64,000 bases of DNA from Octopus sinensis. Its lineage: Eukaryota. A program made the translations under genes and the position numbers. The DNA lies in NCBI RefSeq assembly GCF_006345805.1, contig NC_043001.1, positions 8,618,001-8,682,000 on the forward strand, in the 5' to 3' direction. The notes beneath the pieces were generated by a model. It was not told the DNA's origin, did no database searches, and worked only from the letters and a program-made list of their open reading frames with translations. Positions 25,088 through 38,770 of this stretch are shown here, piece after piece (the stretch's first letter is position 1; each line of letters begins with the position of its first letter).

Positions 25088-25958
25088 TCTTAAATATCTT
25101 CAGTTTAATGAGTAGAAAGTTTATGATGAAACTCTGAAGAGTGTTTGAACTGGGATTAAAGAACATCTATAAAAATAAAAACCTAAGGTGCTTATGTTCT
25201 TATATCGTGTTCTAGTTCTAGATACTTTCATACAAATATATGCACTCGTGGTACTGACATACATATGAAAACTGACGTATCGCCATTTCAATAAGCAACC
25301 ATTTTTTTTCCTCCGAATGTAAAATACCTGAATGATTGCAAATGCAAAAGTAATATTATGTTGATATTCTTGACTGACCAACTGTCGCGTTTCGTCTATT
25401 TGAAGCAGATATAATATCTTAAGTGCAAGTAACCTCAAAAACTATGTTAGTTTCATGTGCCATTCATATATTCTACGAAGGTATAATGTAATTATGAAAT
25501 GCATTCTTCGTACTTAAGCTTATAGTCATGTATTATATGAAAGAGAATCTTGTAAATAAAATTAGGAATCACAGTGCAAACAACGGTATACCAAATTTCT
25601 GAATACTCAAATTATGGTCTTCATTTACTTTCTCTTGCAACTAAATATACTTTTGTTTAGCTAAGGGTTTTAGGGCAAATGGTATTCATGTTCTTAACTA
25701 ACCAGCTGCGTATTTAGCTAAGACGAACATATTTGTAACACATACCCCAGGACATCTGTTAAAGGCTTTAACCCTCTGATGATTATATATTTCGATGTTT
25801 TGTCATTGCAAGGCTACCGTGCAAATACTGCAAAATGAATATCTTTTGATCTGAGACTCACTAATAATTTCCAACGATCAGTTTTCTTTCGATATAAAGA
25901 CCCTCGCTTTTATTTTAGTCAGTTGGTCGCTCGATATTATTGATTTTAGCGTTCGGGA

Positions 25959-26372
25959 AGGCGATGATCTGGCAAAAACATTAGCACGCTGGGCGAAATG
26001 CTTAGCGGTATTTCGTCTGCCGCTACGTTCTGAGTTCAAATTCCGCCGAGGTCGACTTTGCCTTTCATCCTTTCGGGGTCGATTAAATAAGTACGAGTTA
26101 CGCGCTGGAGTCGATATAATCGACTTAATCCCTTTGTCTGTCCTTGTTTGTCTGCCCTGTGTATAGCCGCTTGTGGGTAGTAAAGAGATAGATATTTTGT
26201 CTGCCGCTACGTTCTGAGTTCAAATTCCGCCAAGGTCGACTTTGATTTTCTTCCTTTCAGGGTCGTTTAAATAAGTGTTATTTAAGCACTGGGGTCGATG
26301 TAATCGATTTATTCAATTTGTCTGTCCTTGTTTGTCCCCTCTATATTTAGCCCCGTGTGAGCAATAAAGAAT
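25959..26372 (+). mobile_element. SINE family B with tandem 5'-truncated second unit
   Basis: Full copy to ~26190; the sequence then restarts at the internal GATATTTTGTCTGCCGCTACG motif and runs to a second tail (GCAATAAAGAATTAG). Confidence 0.88.
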
Positions 26373-26968
26373 TAGATAGTAATGAATTCAGTGCTTGACT
26401 GCATTTATTTATTTATTTATTTAATTATTTACTGCATCTGATGCATTTAATTTATTCACTGCGTATGATCTCGGTATGATTCTAAGTCAGATGTTAAAGT
26501 GCCCAGACATATCGAATGACATTTCTGCGTCTTTTAGGCTTCTGCCATCGACGATATTTATGTGTTTGACAAAATCCCAATATTATTCGTCTCATCAGTC
26601 CCTTTTTAAGTGAAGGCTTGCGATACTTTGGCAGGTTGTATTTTGTTCTTTCTTCGCTCAGGTTACCGTATGCATTACTTCCAAAGGCCTATAAATACAG
26701 AGCATAGAGATTACCTTTCAAGGAACGTTCAATGACATTTCAGAAAGTTTTCATTTTGTATTTTATTACATTTGGGGATCGTTATCACATTTTATCTAAA
26801 TTTCATAACGGTGATCCCTCTTGGAGGATGACTACAACCCATTATAATGATAAATCACAATCTCTGGTTTTAGTGTATCTACATCATATACTCATATCCC
26901 TTTATAGTAATATAAGGCGTGTCAATGAATATTTTTTTATGTAGGAAAATCGTATGTATGTACAAAGC

Positions 26969-26969
<1 letters not shown>

Positions 26970-27055
<86 letters not shown>

Positions 27056-27061
27056 CATATG

Positions 27062-27106
<45 letters not shown>

Positions 27107-27135
27107 GTATATATGTGTAGATATATATATATATG

Positions 27136-27189
<54 letters not shown>

Positions 27190-27190
27190 C
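26970..27190. repeat. (TA)n/(TG)n compound microsatellite
   Basis: Direct reading. Confidence 0.95.
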
Positions 27191-27252
27191 ATTCTGTGCG
27201 AATGTTCTTTCTTTTTATTACGGCGTTGTGATTTACAATACTGTAAATAATA

Positions 27253-27492
27253 ATAATGTTATTTTTATATAACCTTAAAGCTTATAGCGTTCACCGTGCA
27301 ATGACTAAGGAACGTAGTCTAATATAGGGGTATATAGGCCCTCGATAATAAAATAGAAGGCTTCCCTATCCTCCCATGCAGATAGGAAAGCCTTTTTTTC
27401 TGTCGAGGGCTTATATGCCCTTTTATTAGGCAATTTCCCTTAGTCGTTGCATGATCGTCATAAGCTTTAAGCTTATATAAAAATACCATTAT
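27253..27492. repeat. Imperfect ~240-bp foldback (MITE-like)
   Basis: Paired blocks: TATTTTTATATAACCTTAAAGCTTAT/ATAAGCTTTAAGCTTATATAAAAATA, TGCAATGACTAAGG/CCTTAGTCGTTGCA, ATAGGCCCTCGA/TCGAGGGCTTAT and AAGGCTTCCCTATC/GATAGGAAAGCCTT. Loop at 27371-27380. Confidence 0.85.
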
Positions 27493-27564
27493 ATATATAC
27501 ATAAATTTATATTATGCGTGTGTGTTTGTATATATGTAGGTATATATATATATACATATAAATT

Positions 27565-27725
27565 TCTGTGTATCTTTCTGTTGAAGAGCGTAGGCTCGAA
27601 ACGTAAAAGACTTGTTTTATTTATATTCCTGAGCGACATAATAATACAATTGTTCGTTTGTATTCCACCTGCCTTCGTCTTTTGTATATTTTCATAAAGC
27701 TTCCCGTTATACATATAGCAAGCTA
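27565..27725 (+). mobile_element. Short dispersed element with hammerhead-like motif (family H2)
   Basis: TCTTT-CTGTTGA-A-GAGC-GTAG-GCTC-GAAA-CG-TA-AAAGA at 27573-27610. Downstream TTCCTGAG..CACCTGCCTTCGTCTTTTGT is shared with 37420-37690 (minus). Confidence 0.65.
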
Positions 27726-28593
27726 TATTCACAAGACATTGTACCATCTGCCTATCACAGAAGGGTCTGGGAAGTGGTCAGTGCTAGTGTGTGAATGGTG
27801 GTGTGATGTGATGTGGTGTTGTGTGGTATGGTGGTGTATGGTGTAATTGTGTGCGGTGTAATGGTGTTGGGAATTAGGGGAGGCGAAAGTGGGGAAAGCA
27901 AGGGTGGGCTGTGGGTTAGGCTGAGGTTGGGGGTAGAGGTGGGATATGTGGGTAGGCTGAGGGCGATGGTAGAGGTAGGGTATGTGGGAGTGGGTGTAAG
28001 GGATGGGGTAGGTGCTTTGCAGAAATGAACATATATCCCATTTCTCTAGAAGTTTCGAAAACGAAGTGAATGCATAAAAATAACTTGCAAATATAATATA
28101 TTACGTAAAACAATTCTTATTAAAAGATAATTCAATAAATAACGTCGGAGATTGAATTATTTGAATAAGTATTAATAAAGAAGGGTAACAAATCACCATT
28201 GATAATTAAATTCTTATCAGAAAAACGAAAGAAATTAATATGTTGCCAAAAAACAGAAATAATGTACATAAATTTGCAATACTATGTATACCAATTATTA
28301 TTTCGTATCAGTATGCAATGTTAATACTGCTGAAAAACCTCTTGAAGGCCTGGTAATTGAAAAAAGATACACATATACATTGGCTGATTTCTAACAAAAA
28401 CGCTATAATTTCTTAACGAAATCTTGTGACTTATAGTGATAGATTTGTAGCTATGGGGCGTTGACTCCTATTTCTAGCAAGAACGTATTTCGATATCCTT
28501 ACTAATTTGAGCATATTTTGCTTATTTACTTTAAGATTACTAGCCATTTTATTATTATTATTATCATTATTATTACCGTTATTATTACTATTA

Positions 28594-28637
<44 letters not shown>

Positions 28638-29181
28638 GTTGTTGTTGTTGTTGTTGTTGCTGTTGTTGTATATAATAATGGTAATAATATTTTATCAAAT
28701 TTGAACTTTTTAACTTGCTCAATTCAGGCATTCTGGTGGGAATATATTTTGAAAAATAGCGGCATACATCAAGCTTGGCTCTCGATCATAAGTTGTAACG
28801 CACAAAAGGCGGGATCAATTGATGTCAAGAAATTTGTTCTTTACTTTGCATATTTTGCAATGGCATGGTCTACTTTTATAATATTCGCTGCATTAAACCT
28901 GCGGGTTTACTTATAGTGAGAGATTTGTGGCTTTGGGTTATTAACACATGGTTATTCTAAGTTGGTACATCGGTACCCTTATTTATATGTATATATGTTT
29001 GTGTGTGTGTATCTATGTGAGTGCATCCGTGCGCGCGTATGTATATATATATATATATTATATATATATAATTCGCCATGACTGATCGCTAACAACTACA
29101 CATTCTTCATTTTCTCTCCTTGTTTATTTCTGTGTTACTTTCTGTCTTTTTCGTTTGTTTTTTTTGTGAATTATCCCCCCA

Positions 29182-29275
<94 letters not shown>

Positions 29276-30081
29276 TGTATGTATAAATACATAGATGTAC
29301 ATGTATATATTTATACATATGTGTGTATGTGTGTGTACATAGTATAAGGGTTTATTACACAGGGGATCTAAACGATCAGGTACGCTAGTTGAGTACTAGG
29401 ATTACTAGGGCTCGAAGTTTGTAGCCGCGTTTGTAGTTATGGAGCCATTGCAGATTTCCATTGTAGCGGATATGTAACTGTTAAAGAGGACAACAAACGT
29501 TAAGGCCAGGCAAACATCTCATGTCAGATACGTTATCACTATTGCAAACATTCAGTCTTACATATATATATATATATATATTTACATGTACACACACATA
29601 TGTGTACGTATGTGTGTGTGGTGTGTGTGTGTACAGAGTATAACAGCTTTTAAAAATTAATCTAAGTTTACCTGTGTGCGTACAGTACGCATCACCACAA
29701 ATACATATGTACATCTGTTAAAAATATTGTTCTGAAAACTATATATATTATTATAAAGACAGGACAAACAATTACACTAAGCTATAATCGAACACTTAAT
29801 ATCATTTGTTTGAACTGGAGGCTATCGCAATATTATTTACTTCATTGCAATTCCACAACTTTCTTTCTCTCACTCTCTCACTCTCTCTCCTTCTCTTCTT
29901 GATTTTAGTGAATATATGAGCTATGGCTATAATTGGTAGCTGATAAACTTTTATAGCTGATGAGTATTATCTATTAATTTATTTATCTTTGGCGTGCATC
30001 TAAGCCTCTCACAGCTAACCTATTTTAGACGTATTTGCAAGCTGTGAGCTTTTGAACACTAAATACTTATATTACGCTAAA

Positions 30082-30745
30082 TTAGCGGTCACAAAACGTT
30101 TTTAACAGCGGGTCAGATAACCGAGAAAATGAGAAGCGCGGGCCGCATAATCATTTTGTTTAATATAATACAGTGAATACACACGAAATAAAGACAACCA
30201 ACATATGTATTTACCAAAAAGTTATCATAGAAAGATAATGTTAAAAATACGATAGTTATATCACATCCAATGCACACATATCCGAATCTCACAAAACATC
30301 GGTTACTTAGATTTGTGAAACTGTTATTTAGATTTCAAGATATCATCAATACTTACTTTGGAATTTCTGCATCAAACCAACAGAATTCCTTTCAATAATT
30401 CATCAGTCAACCTCGTTCAATGTTCCTATTTCACTGACTTATATTGTTCCAAACACTGATGCCATGCCAGAGGCAAATTTCTTGAAATTTGAAAGCTCGT
30501 CATCAGGTAAGCCGCTCGTCTTTCAACAAGTCTTTTGCCTGCAAATCAATGGTGCGTCATCAAGTTTGAAATCAAACGGTTTCTGGAACAGACTTATGTC
30601 ACTCCCACTTCTGTCGAGATTTGAAAATCTCACCAAATAATGCTTATTTCTATCACGAATAACCTTCTTCTGTAACTCGTGGTCAACTACTTCAGCGATT
30701 CCAGCGCGAAGCTCTTTAATTCACGGAACAAAAACCACTTTCCAG
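30082..30745 (-). mobile_element. hAT (SPIN/Charlie-like) transposase 3' relic with probable right end
   Basis: Minus strand gives RFSNLDRSGSDISLFQKPFDFKLDDAP, LSNFKKFASGMASVFGTI and RLTDELL, matching the hAT dimerisation region RF.DF..F.NPF / FP.L.KFA....S.FGSTY / RSRLTD. A GCGGGCCGCAT subterminal motif lies near 30138. Confidence 0.65.
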
Positions 30746-30761
30746 TAATTTACTATATACA

Positions 30762-30885
30762 AACATGCGTGGTAAGAAGCTTGCTATCAAACCACACGGT
30801 TCTCAGTTCAGTCCTACTGCGTGTTTACTGCTATAGCCTCGGACTGACCAAATCCTTGTGAATGGATTTGACAGATGGAAACTAT
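30762..30885 (+). mobile_element. SINE family A, 5' fragment
   Basis: GTGGTAAGAAGCTTGCT..GTTCAGTCCTACTGCG..GGATTTGACAGATGGAAACT, followed by TA/TG repeats. Confidence 0.7.
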
Positions 30886-30936
30886 AAATATATACGTACA
30901 TATATAGATATATGTATATATACGTATACATACATA

Positions 30937-30985
<49 letters not shown>

Positions 30986-30988
30986 ATG

Positions 30989-31022
<34 letters not shown>

Positions 31023-31356
31023 CATGTATACGTATATGTAAATATGTATATATAAATATATATGTGTATTTTGGTATTGCATTTTGTTTGCAGGATTATT
31101 TTTGTGATTTCGTGTGTTGGAGCATTTTGCCTGAGGTATTCATTCTCTTTTAGTGACTTATTAATACACTGACCGCTTTGATTTCAACTATATATTTTGT
31201 TTATCTCAAATTTCGTTGCGCCTTGCAACCTATTCAATACTAATTGCCTCTGGCCATTATCGGAGGTGCGTTATTTCCTTTGCGTGACTCAGTGTTCTAG
31301 TGTATACACATATGTATGCATCCATGTATGTATGCGTATGTATGGGTGTGTATGCT

Positions 31357-31413
<57 letters not shown>

Positions 31414-31525
31414 AAAATAGTAAAGTGTGAAAAAACGACAGAAGGCTTAAATGTTAAAAAATATATATATTTGTGTCAAAATGTCTGGAGAATATTGCAA
31501 AAATTTTTTTTTTCCCTTTTCCTTG

Positions 31526-32045
31526 TTAATTTCTCTGTGTTAGTATGTTCGGATGGTTGAGTCTGGGTTTGTACTTTTCAATGAAGAATGTTTCCTTGTT
31601 CAGTCTCATTTGTGTTGATGATCCGAAAGCACATTGGTAAAATGGGAAGATTAAAAATTGTGGCAGTAGTTGCTTTGCGCATTTCTCAATGTGCTCACTA
31701 AAAGGTATCATTCTATATTCTGGGAATGCAATCTGTTGTCGATGCAGTGTGCATCTGCGCCTGAGTGATAGTCCCGTGGAACCCACGTAGTCTTGGTGGC
31801 AGCCCGAGCATTTAATAACATAAATTATGTTTTCAGAGGCACAAGTAAAGTTAGATTTGATCTTAAATTTCTGTCCCTCTTTAAAGAAGAATTCTGATCC
31901 TTCCAATAGTTTAGGACATGTTGCACAGTTCGATCTACCACATTTTTTACTTTTGCATCCGTAATTTTAGAAGACAATTTTGCCTTTGTGAGAATCTTTT
32001 TAAGTGATTTAGGCTGTTTGTAGCTTTTAATGATTTGGTGCGCGC
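31526..32045 (-). pseudogene. Penelope-like element GIY-YIG endonuclease (Neptune-like), 5'-truncated, one frameshift
   Basis: HQIIKSYKQPKSLKKILTKAKL, then (A6 run at 31943-31948, one base short) KCGRSNCATC..FTCASENIIYVIKCSGCHQDYVGSTGLSLRRRCTLH..RLNKETFFIEKYKPRLN. This is a C-x4-C-x2-C knuckle followed by the IY-x-I-x-C..YVG-x-T..R..H GIY-YIG core. Confidence 0.9.
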
Positions 32046-32689
32046 ATTGGTTAGCAAGTTGGTTAGCAAGCACTTCTGCGCCTGTTCTGTCTGCAATGGA
32101 AGTAGAACCTATAATATTAATAACTTTACAAGTATCTCATGCACTGCACTGAAATAGTTTTGTCAGTGTAAAAGATTTGGATTACGTTTCACTCTGCTGT
32201 TCGTTTGATACTCTGGGAAGACCTTAATTCGCGACAGAGAACAAATATTCACATAATCACATAGTTTTCATTCCTTATTGTCTGGAATGATTTTCTGATA
32301 AAACCTATCACATTGCGTTGCAAAGTTTAGCCTTGTGCACACAAATCGATTCATTATTATTGACTCATACAGAATGTTCTTGCTTTCAGTCTATCTTTGC
32401 AGCATTCTAGTCTTTTGTATCCTGATTACAATGTGTTTATGTACGGAATCGTACCACTTCAGCTATTCATCATTGAAAAGCATGTTTTTTTCCTTCCTTG
32501 TTTCTTTTTATTTGTTTCTTTTTTCTGCTCACTTTTATTTTGGGTTGAGGGCTTGTAACATTTCTGCGTTTTCCTTGCGGTTTTCAGCTACCTTTGACAC
32601 TTTTGTATTTTCAATGTAATTGGCGAGTTTAGTTGACTCAGTAGGGTTTCCCATTACGTTCTCCGATTGACTGCGAGGAGTTGCTATTT

Positions 32690-32990
32690 TCTCCGATATA
32701 GCCTTCTCCTATCATTTCAAATACCATACAACCATCACCTAGTCTTTTTCAATTATGCAAATGTCACGTAATCTCTCACATAGCATTCTGTGATCAACTA
32801 TACAAAGCTTTGGCAAGGTAGAGACATATCATTTCCACATTTAAATGATGAAGCTGTAGCCATCAGCAATGTTGTAGTAACCACTAGAAGACAGCTTCAG
32901 GCAATATTGTGCCTTATTGAAGTAATTGATTTGCTTTAACAATGCTGTCCATAAATATGTCGTTGTGTATGACAACAGAGACAGGGTCGT
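32690..32990 (-). mobile_element. CR1/L2-like LINE RT relic
   Basis: Broken minus-strand frames give LLQHC, AKA and VDHRMLCERLRDICI, matching LLQHYD / DFAKAFDKVDHGML..KL..LGI. Confidence 0.5.
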
Positions 32991-35485
32991 CGGTTTACTG
33001 AATGGATGTCATATTATAGATTGTCTTAAAATTTTCAGCTTTTTATTGAATGCAAGTAAGCTCTGTAATATGCCTGCATTCATCTTTATCCCAGAGCCTT
33101 TCTAGATATCTTTATAGTAAAGGTTGAACAATCACCGAAGAATATTGTATAACTGATATTAAATAATCTTCAATTCTGTCGATTTAAGCATTTCATGCTT
33201 CTTCACCATGAAGATTTGTAGCATTGATGAAAACATCGGGGTTAATTCATATGCATAGTGACCAACATAAAAATGAAAACCCTTTGAAACAACTAAATAT
33301 TTTTTAAAAACTTTTATGCCAGCAATTAGGGACCTATTTGCTCCAAATTGCAGTTTTATCTTGTGACATTGGTTTTTTATTTATATATTTGTAGAAAGAC
33401 TTAGTTTCTCTTTTATCTCTCTTTTTCGCAGAAAAGACAATTTTTACTTCTGAAATTGGTTATTGAAGTGCGACTAATCGCTGTCTCTAAGATGTCGATA
33501 TTTATTATTTAAGGTAATTCGTTTGAATTCCCTTCCAACAAATTTAAGGCTTTCATTCTTGACACTAAGCTCCATGTTATTGTCATGCTTTGAAAAATTT
33601 CGTGCCAATTCTATGGACGTTGTTTTTATGAAATGTTTTCCAGTGACATTTGTAAATATTGGGGTAGGGCAACCTGCATGTGTGCATGTGCTATACAATA
33701 GCAAGTTAAATACTGCAAACAAAAGACAAGATTTATATAACGTATATAATGCTAAAGTGTTATTAACTGACAAATGACAAATGTATTTCAAATTGCTCAT
33801 CTTCGTAGGGAGATACTTCATCGCTTCAGAGGTACAACACAGTCTGCATGATATGCGAAGCGATTCCGCCATCGTACGGCCAAAAAACTATAAAGGGCAT
33901 TTAAACACTTCAATTGTCCACTATTCTACCCACTTAACTATCCATTTCACATCGTGTTTCATGAAATCCTTGTTGCTGCTGACTTCCTATTATTCAACTT
34001 AAGAAGTGCAATTAGAAGTGCGCCGATGCATATTAGAGGAAAGTGTGAGCGGTCAGGCTATCGATTACCTTATTCAGCTGTGAAAGACGTAATGCCCACA
34101 TATTGTTATGGCAAGTCGTATCACTTTTCGTTCTCTTCAACCTTCTGACTTCTAAACTCTAAGTGTTTCCATGAACTGCTTTGCTGTTTACGATGCACGT
34201 ACTTTGCAGAAAACCAAGACGAATAACGTCCTCAGTCAACTGGGTCAAGAAAATTGTCACAAGTCAATTACCAAAGGGAATAATTTATTGCGATATTCGC
34301 GATGACTATAGTATAGACATTCTTCAGAAATATGAAGATTGTCTGTCTTTTAAAATTATAATAACAGGTCTAATGAAGTCGCTAGGAATTGGGGCCGAAC
34401 TGCTTCATTTCATTTTTCATTTTCGTCCATTATTATATTCATCTCTTACATTCGTTCTTTTTTTGTTGTTTTTGTCCCCGCCCCTTGTACTGTCCCCTCA
34501 CTGTTTAACCCTTCTAGGTAACAAAGAACTCTTTACATTTATAGATTGCATACTCAAGAGAAAAGGATTTATGGGACTTTTGTATACCATGGATTTATAT
34601 CGTTTTTTCGAAATTTTTAGCCCAAGTTTATACCAAAACACATTTATACCGATAGCTTTTTAAACAACACCTTCGTCATTCCATTTTAAATAGCATCTCT
34701 CTCATTCGATTGATAACACTGAAATTCATCCTTTTCTCTGACGATTGGCCGTATTATCTATTAAGGATTATCAATTTCGGATTTCATTTCGAAAGATAAT
34801 ACTTCCATGAAACGATCGTAAGATATCGAAAACCTTTTTAAATAATTATACTCTACTTATTTGTTTATTGCTACTACATTATTTATATTATGGACCCATA
34901 TCTTCTGTGATATTTTATGTAATTTTTCCTACTTTTACTCTCTAATATATAATCGCTCGAATTGAATATCTAAATACCTTTAAGGTTTTTAGACATTTCT
35001 CATACCAGAAGCACTTATCCGAAATCCAATAAACGTTATTCTCATTGAATATATTCCATTAAGTATATACACATATGTGCATATATGTATATATAGACAT
35101 ATACTCACATATATATATATATACATAGATACACACATATTATGAAAGATCAGGGTTGTAATCAACAGATGAAAATTGATTGCGATGCAACGCTAATTAC
35201 TACAATATATAATATCCCTTGATTGGAAATTGTTCAGAAATTACATGCTGCAGGACTTAGGAGAGGAATTTCGATATGTTTGGATTGACCAAAACACACT
35301 AAGTTCTTTAAAAATCACGCCTCAAGAAAATTCCAATATTGATAAAAATAAAAAAATAAAGATCGATTGGATTTTGAAAAATCCCTTAAATTCGCATATC
35401 AAGGATAAATAGCAATGTTAACTATTGATATTTCCAGAGAAGAAAAATACCAGCCTTAAGATAATTATATCTGAAATTCATTGAA

Positions 35486-36016
<531 letters not shown>

Positions 36017-36962
36017 AATTATTTTCTTCTGGAAATTCCGTAAGCAAGTCGGTTATCGTCAGATGCAGTAACTATAAATATAACCCCGGGAAATACATGA
36101 ACAAACCGTAACTGGCTGTAAAGTAATTGAAGAAATGACTGGAGATTATCAACGGTTGAAAATCAAATTAGCAAAATTCTCAATCTTCACCATCTACATT
36201 CATAAACAATCAAGGGAATTAATCAACTCGCGACCTGTCTTACACATGTAGTTCGCAAGAATCCAAGTAACTAAGAAACAATTCGGAAAGATCGAAAGTT
36301 CCAAATGTCTGACAATGAATATTCTATTATAACACATCAGTGATTAACACTCGTGAACAAACGAGTAAAAGAGATCGATATGAAAAAATAACATTGAAAC
36401 GGATAGGCCCTTTAAGTTAAATATCGACAGGCACAAAAATAATACTAGACAATTAGGTATTATTATTAATTGCAAAGTGGATAATAAACCTACTAGACTC
36501 AAGCTCCGATATTTTGATAGATTATCTGAGGTTTATAGAAAGTGTCAAGAGACACTAACGAGCAAGCTAATTACCCTTAAACACGAACTGTAAGTGAAGA
36601 TTTATATTGCACGCATAAATCTATAACTATGAAATATCATCAATGGCAAATGTGCACACCACACTAAGGTTGTTAATTGTGTAGTGAAAGTACATACCAT
36701 TAAGATCGTACAAGTATTTCCTTACGATTATCAAGATTATTTTTAGTGAAAATCCAGAATGTGAAATGAGTCGTGATGTAAAACTTACAAGACTGAGATC
36801 CTGCAAAATGGGACCATATCAGATAGTTGTTTAAGTTGCAGGAAGCTCATATTCTACAAAGCCGCTCTAGTAAACGTGTTATAAATATAAGATTTTAAAT
36901 AAATTGATACCAGAATAACTGACACTGATGGTAAAAAAAAATAATCGTTAATGACGTTAATA

Positions 36963-37365
36963 GGCGCAGGAGTGGCTATGTGGTAAGTAGCTTGCTAACC
37001 AACCACATGGTTCTGGGTTAAGTCCGACTGCTTGGCACCTTGGGTAGTGTCTTCTGCTATAGCCCCGGGCCGACCAATGCCTTGTGAGTGGATTTGCTAG
37101 ATGGAAACTGAAAGAAGCCCGTCGTATATATGTATATATGTGTGTTTGTGTGTGTGTTAGTGTGTCCGTGTTTATTCCCCTAGCCTTGCTTGACAACCGA
37201 TGCCGGTGTGTTTACGTCCCCGTTACCTAGCAGTTCGGCAAAAGAGACCGATAGAATAAGTACTGGGCTTACAAAGAATAAGTCCCGTGGTCGATTTGTT
37301 CGACTAAAGGCGGTGCTCCAGCATGGCCGCAGTCAATTGACTGAAACAAGAAAAAGAGAAAAAGA
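36963..37365 (+). mobile_element. SINE family A
   Basis: Near-consensus copy. Confidence 0.92.
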
Positions 37366-37419
37366 GGAAGAGAAAAACGAGGATGTATCAGAAGATAACA
37401 TACGGAACATCGACATTTA

Positions 37420-37690
37420 AACCCTGTACACATTTACACAGATTGATAAACACACGCGCGCACATATACGCCCCCCCCCACACACACACATAATACAATA
37501 TAATATAGAGTTCAAATTTACAGCAAACAAAAGACGAAGGCAGGTGAGTGAATAACAACCAGGTGTATCAGTTTGACTCAGGAAAAAAAGAAACGTTTTT
37601 GACGTTTCGAGTCTCCGCTCTTCCATTGAAAGGGTTGAGAGGGGCAAATGGAGAGGGAAAGAAAAAGAAATTGAGAGAGAAATAGTGCGT
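37420..37690 (-). mobile_element. Family H2 element, hammerhead core decayed
   Basis: Minus strand: CTTT-CAATGGA-A-GAGC-GGAG-ACTC-GAAA-CG-TC-AAAA (37591-37635), then TTCCTGAGTC..CACCTGCCTTCGTCTTTTGT as in 27565-27725. Confidence 0.6.
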
Positions 37691-37754
37691 GAGGATTAAC
37701 GGTTTAATTGCTTACTTGTATCAGTCATCTGAGTGCAGCCATGCTGCAGCAACG

Positions 37755-37794
<40 letters not shown>

Positions 37795-38554
37795 CGAAAG
37801 ACAGAGAGAGAGAGAGTGAGAGAGAGAGAGAGTGAGAGAGAAAGAAAGTTATTGAAGTGATGTACAGATATTATATATTTAGAATAATAAGGAAGTCACA
37901 ATGTTGGATGATTATAAATATTTTTTATTCACATTTCACTTCAACTTGAAAACGCTTTCTTCCGTTATCGGGTTTATCAAAAAGTAGTTTCAATTTAGAT
38001 TTCGTTGCCTCTTTATCTATAAAATATTTGTGGGTATTGTGAAGCAAGGAAGAATAATGAAATTTATTTTTAAAGGGGTGGTGAGGTGAAGGGGTGTGGT
38101 TTTTATACTGGTATGCTCACACTTGTTTGGTTAGTAGTTAGTGACCTTTTAATGTAGGGAAGAACATTATTTTTTTTATTTGAATTGGTCAAGGTTGTAA
38201 TTGAAAAATGTTTTTGACATTCTTCAGTAAAAATTATAATTGCATTTCCATGTCTTGTGTCTTTATTTGTTTGCTTTCATTGATGTGGGGGAGGTAAAGA
38301 GGTGTGTGGGGGTGTATTAGTGTGGTCAAATTTTTGTAGTTTGACAAGGATCTTAAATGAAAAAACCAGATGTTGCTTTTGACTTTCTTCAGTAAAAATT
38401 ATAATGACGTTTCCAGGTTTATTCTTTTTTTATTTTTTGTATTTATTTAAAAAAAACAATTGTATAGATATGGTCAACATTCTTTGATTGAAATTCCGGA
38501 TGTTTTCGAAAGAGCGACATTTTAGTTCACTTTGCACTCACACAACAATAATAT

Positions 38555-38770
<216 letters not shown>

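Noticed and set aside
26560-26602. Minus-strand CTGATGA-GAC..GTC-AAAC
   Set aside because: G12 is missing and there is no helix I; at best a dead relic.
31205-31255. Possible hammerhead downstream of the Neptune-like PLE (GTTGC/GCAAC stem before GAAA)
   Set aside because: The core reads TTGAATA and there is no convincing helix I or III.
34181-34663. Longest ORF (160 aa)
   Set aside because: TTG start, low-complexity T-rich composition, no recognisable domain and no splice support.
38215-38420. Twice-repeated TTCTTCAGTAAAAATTATAAT (minus-strand CTGAAGA near GAAACGTC)
   Set aside because: Helix I cannot form; treated as a short diverged direct repeat.
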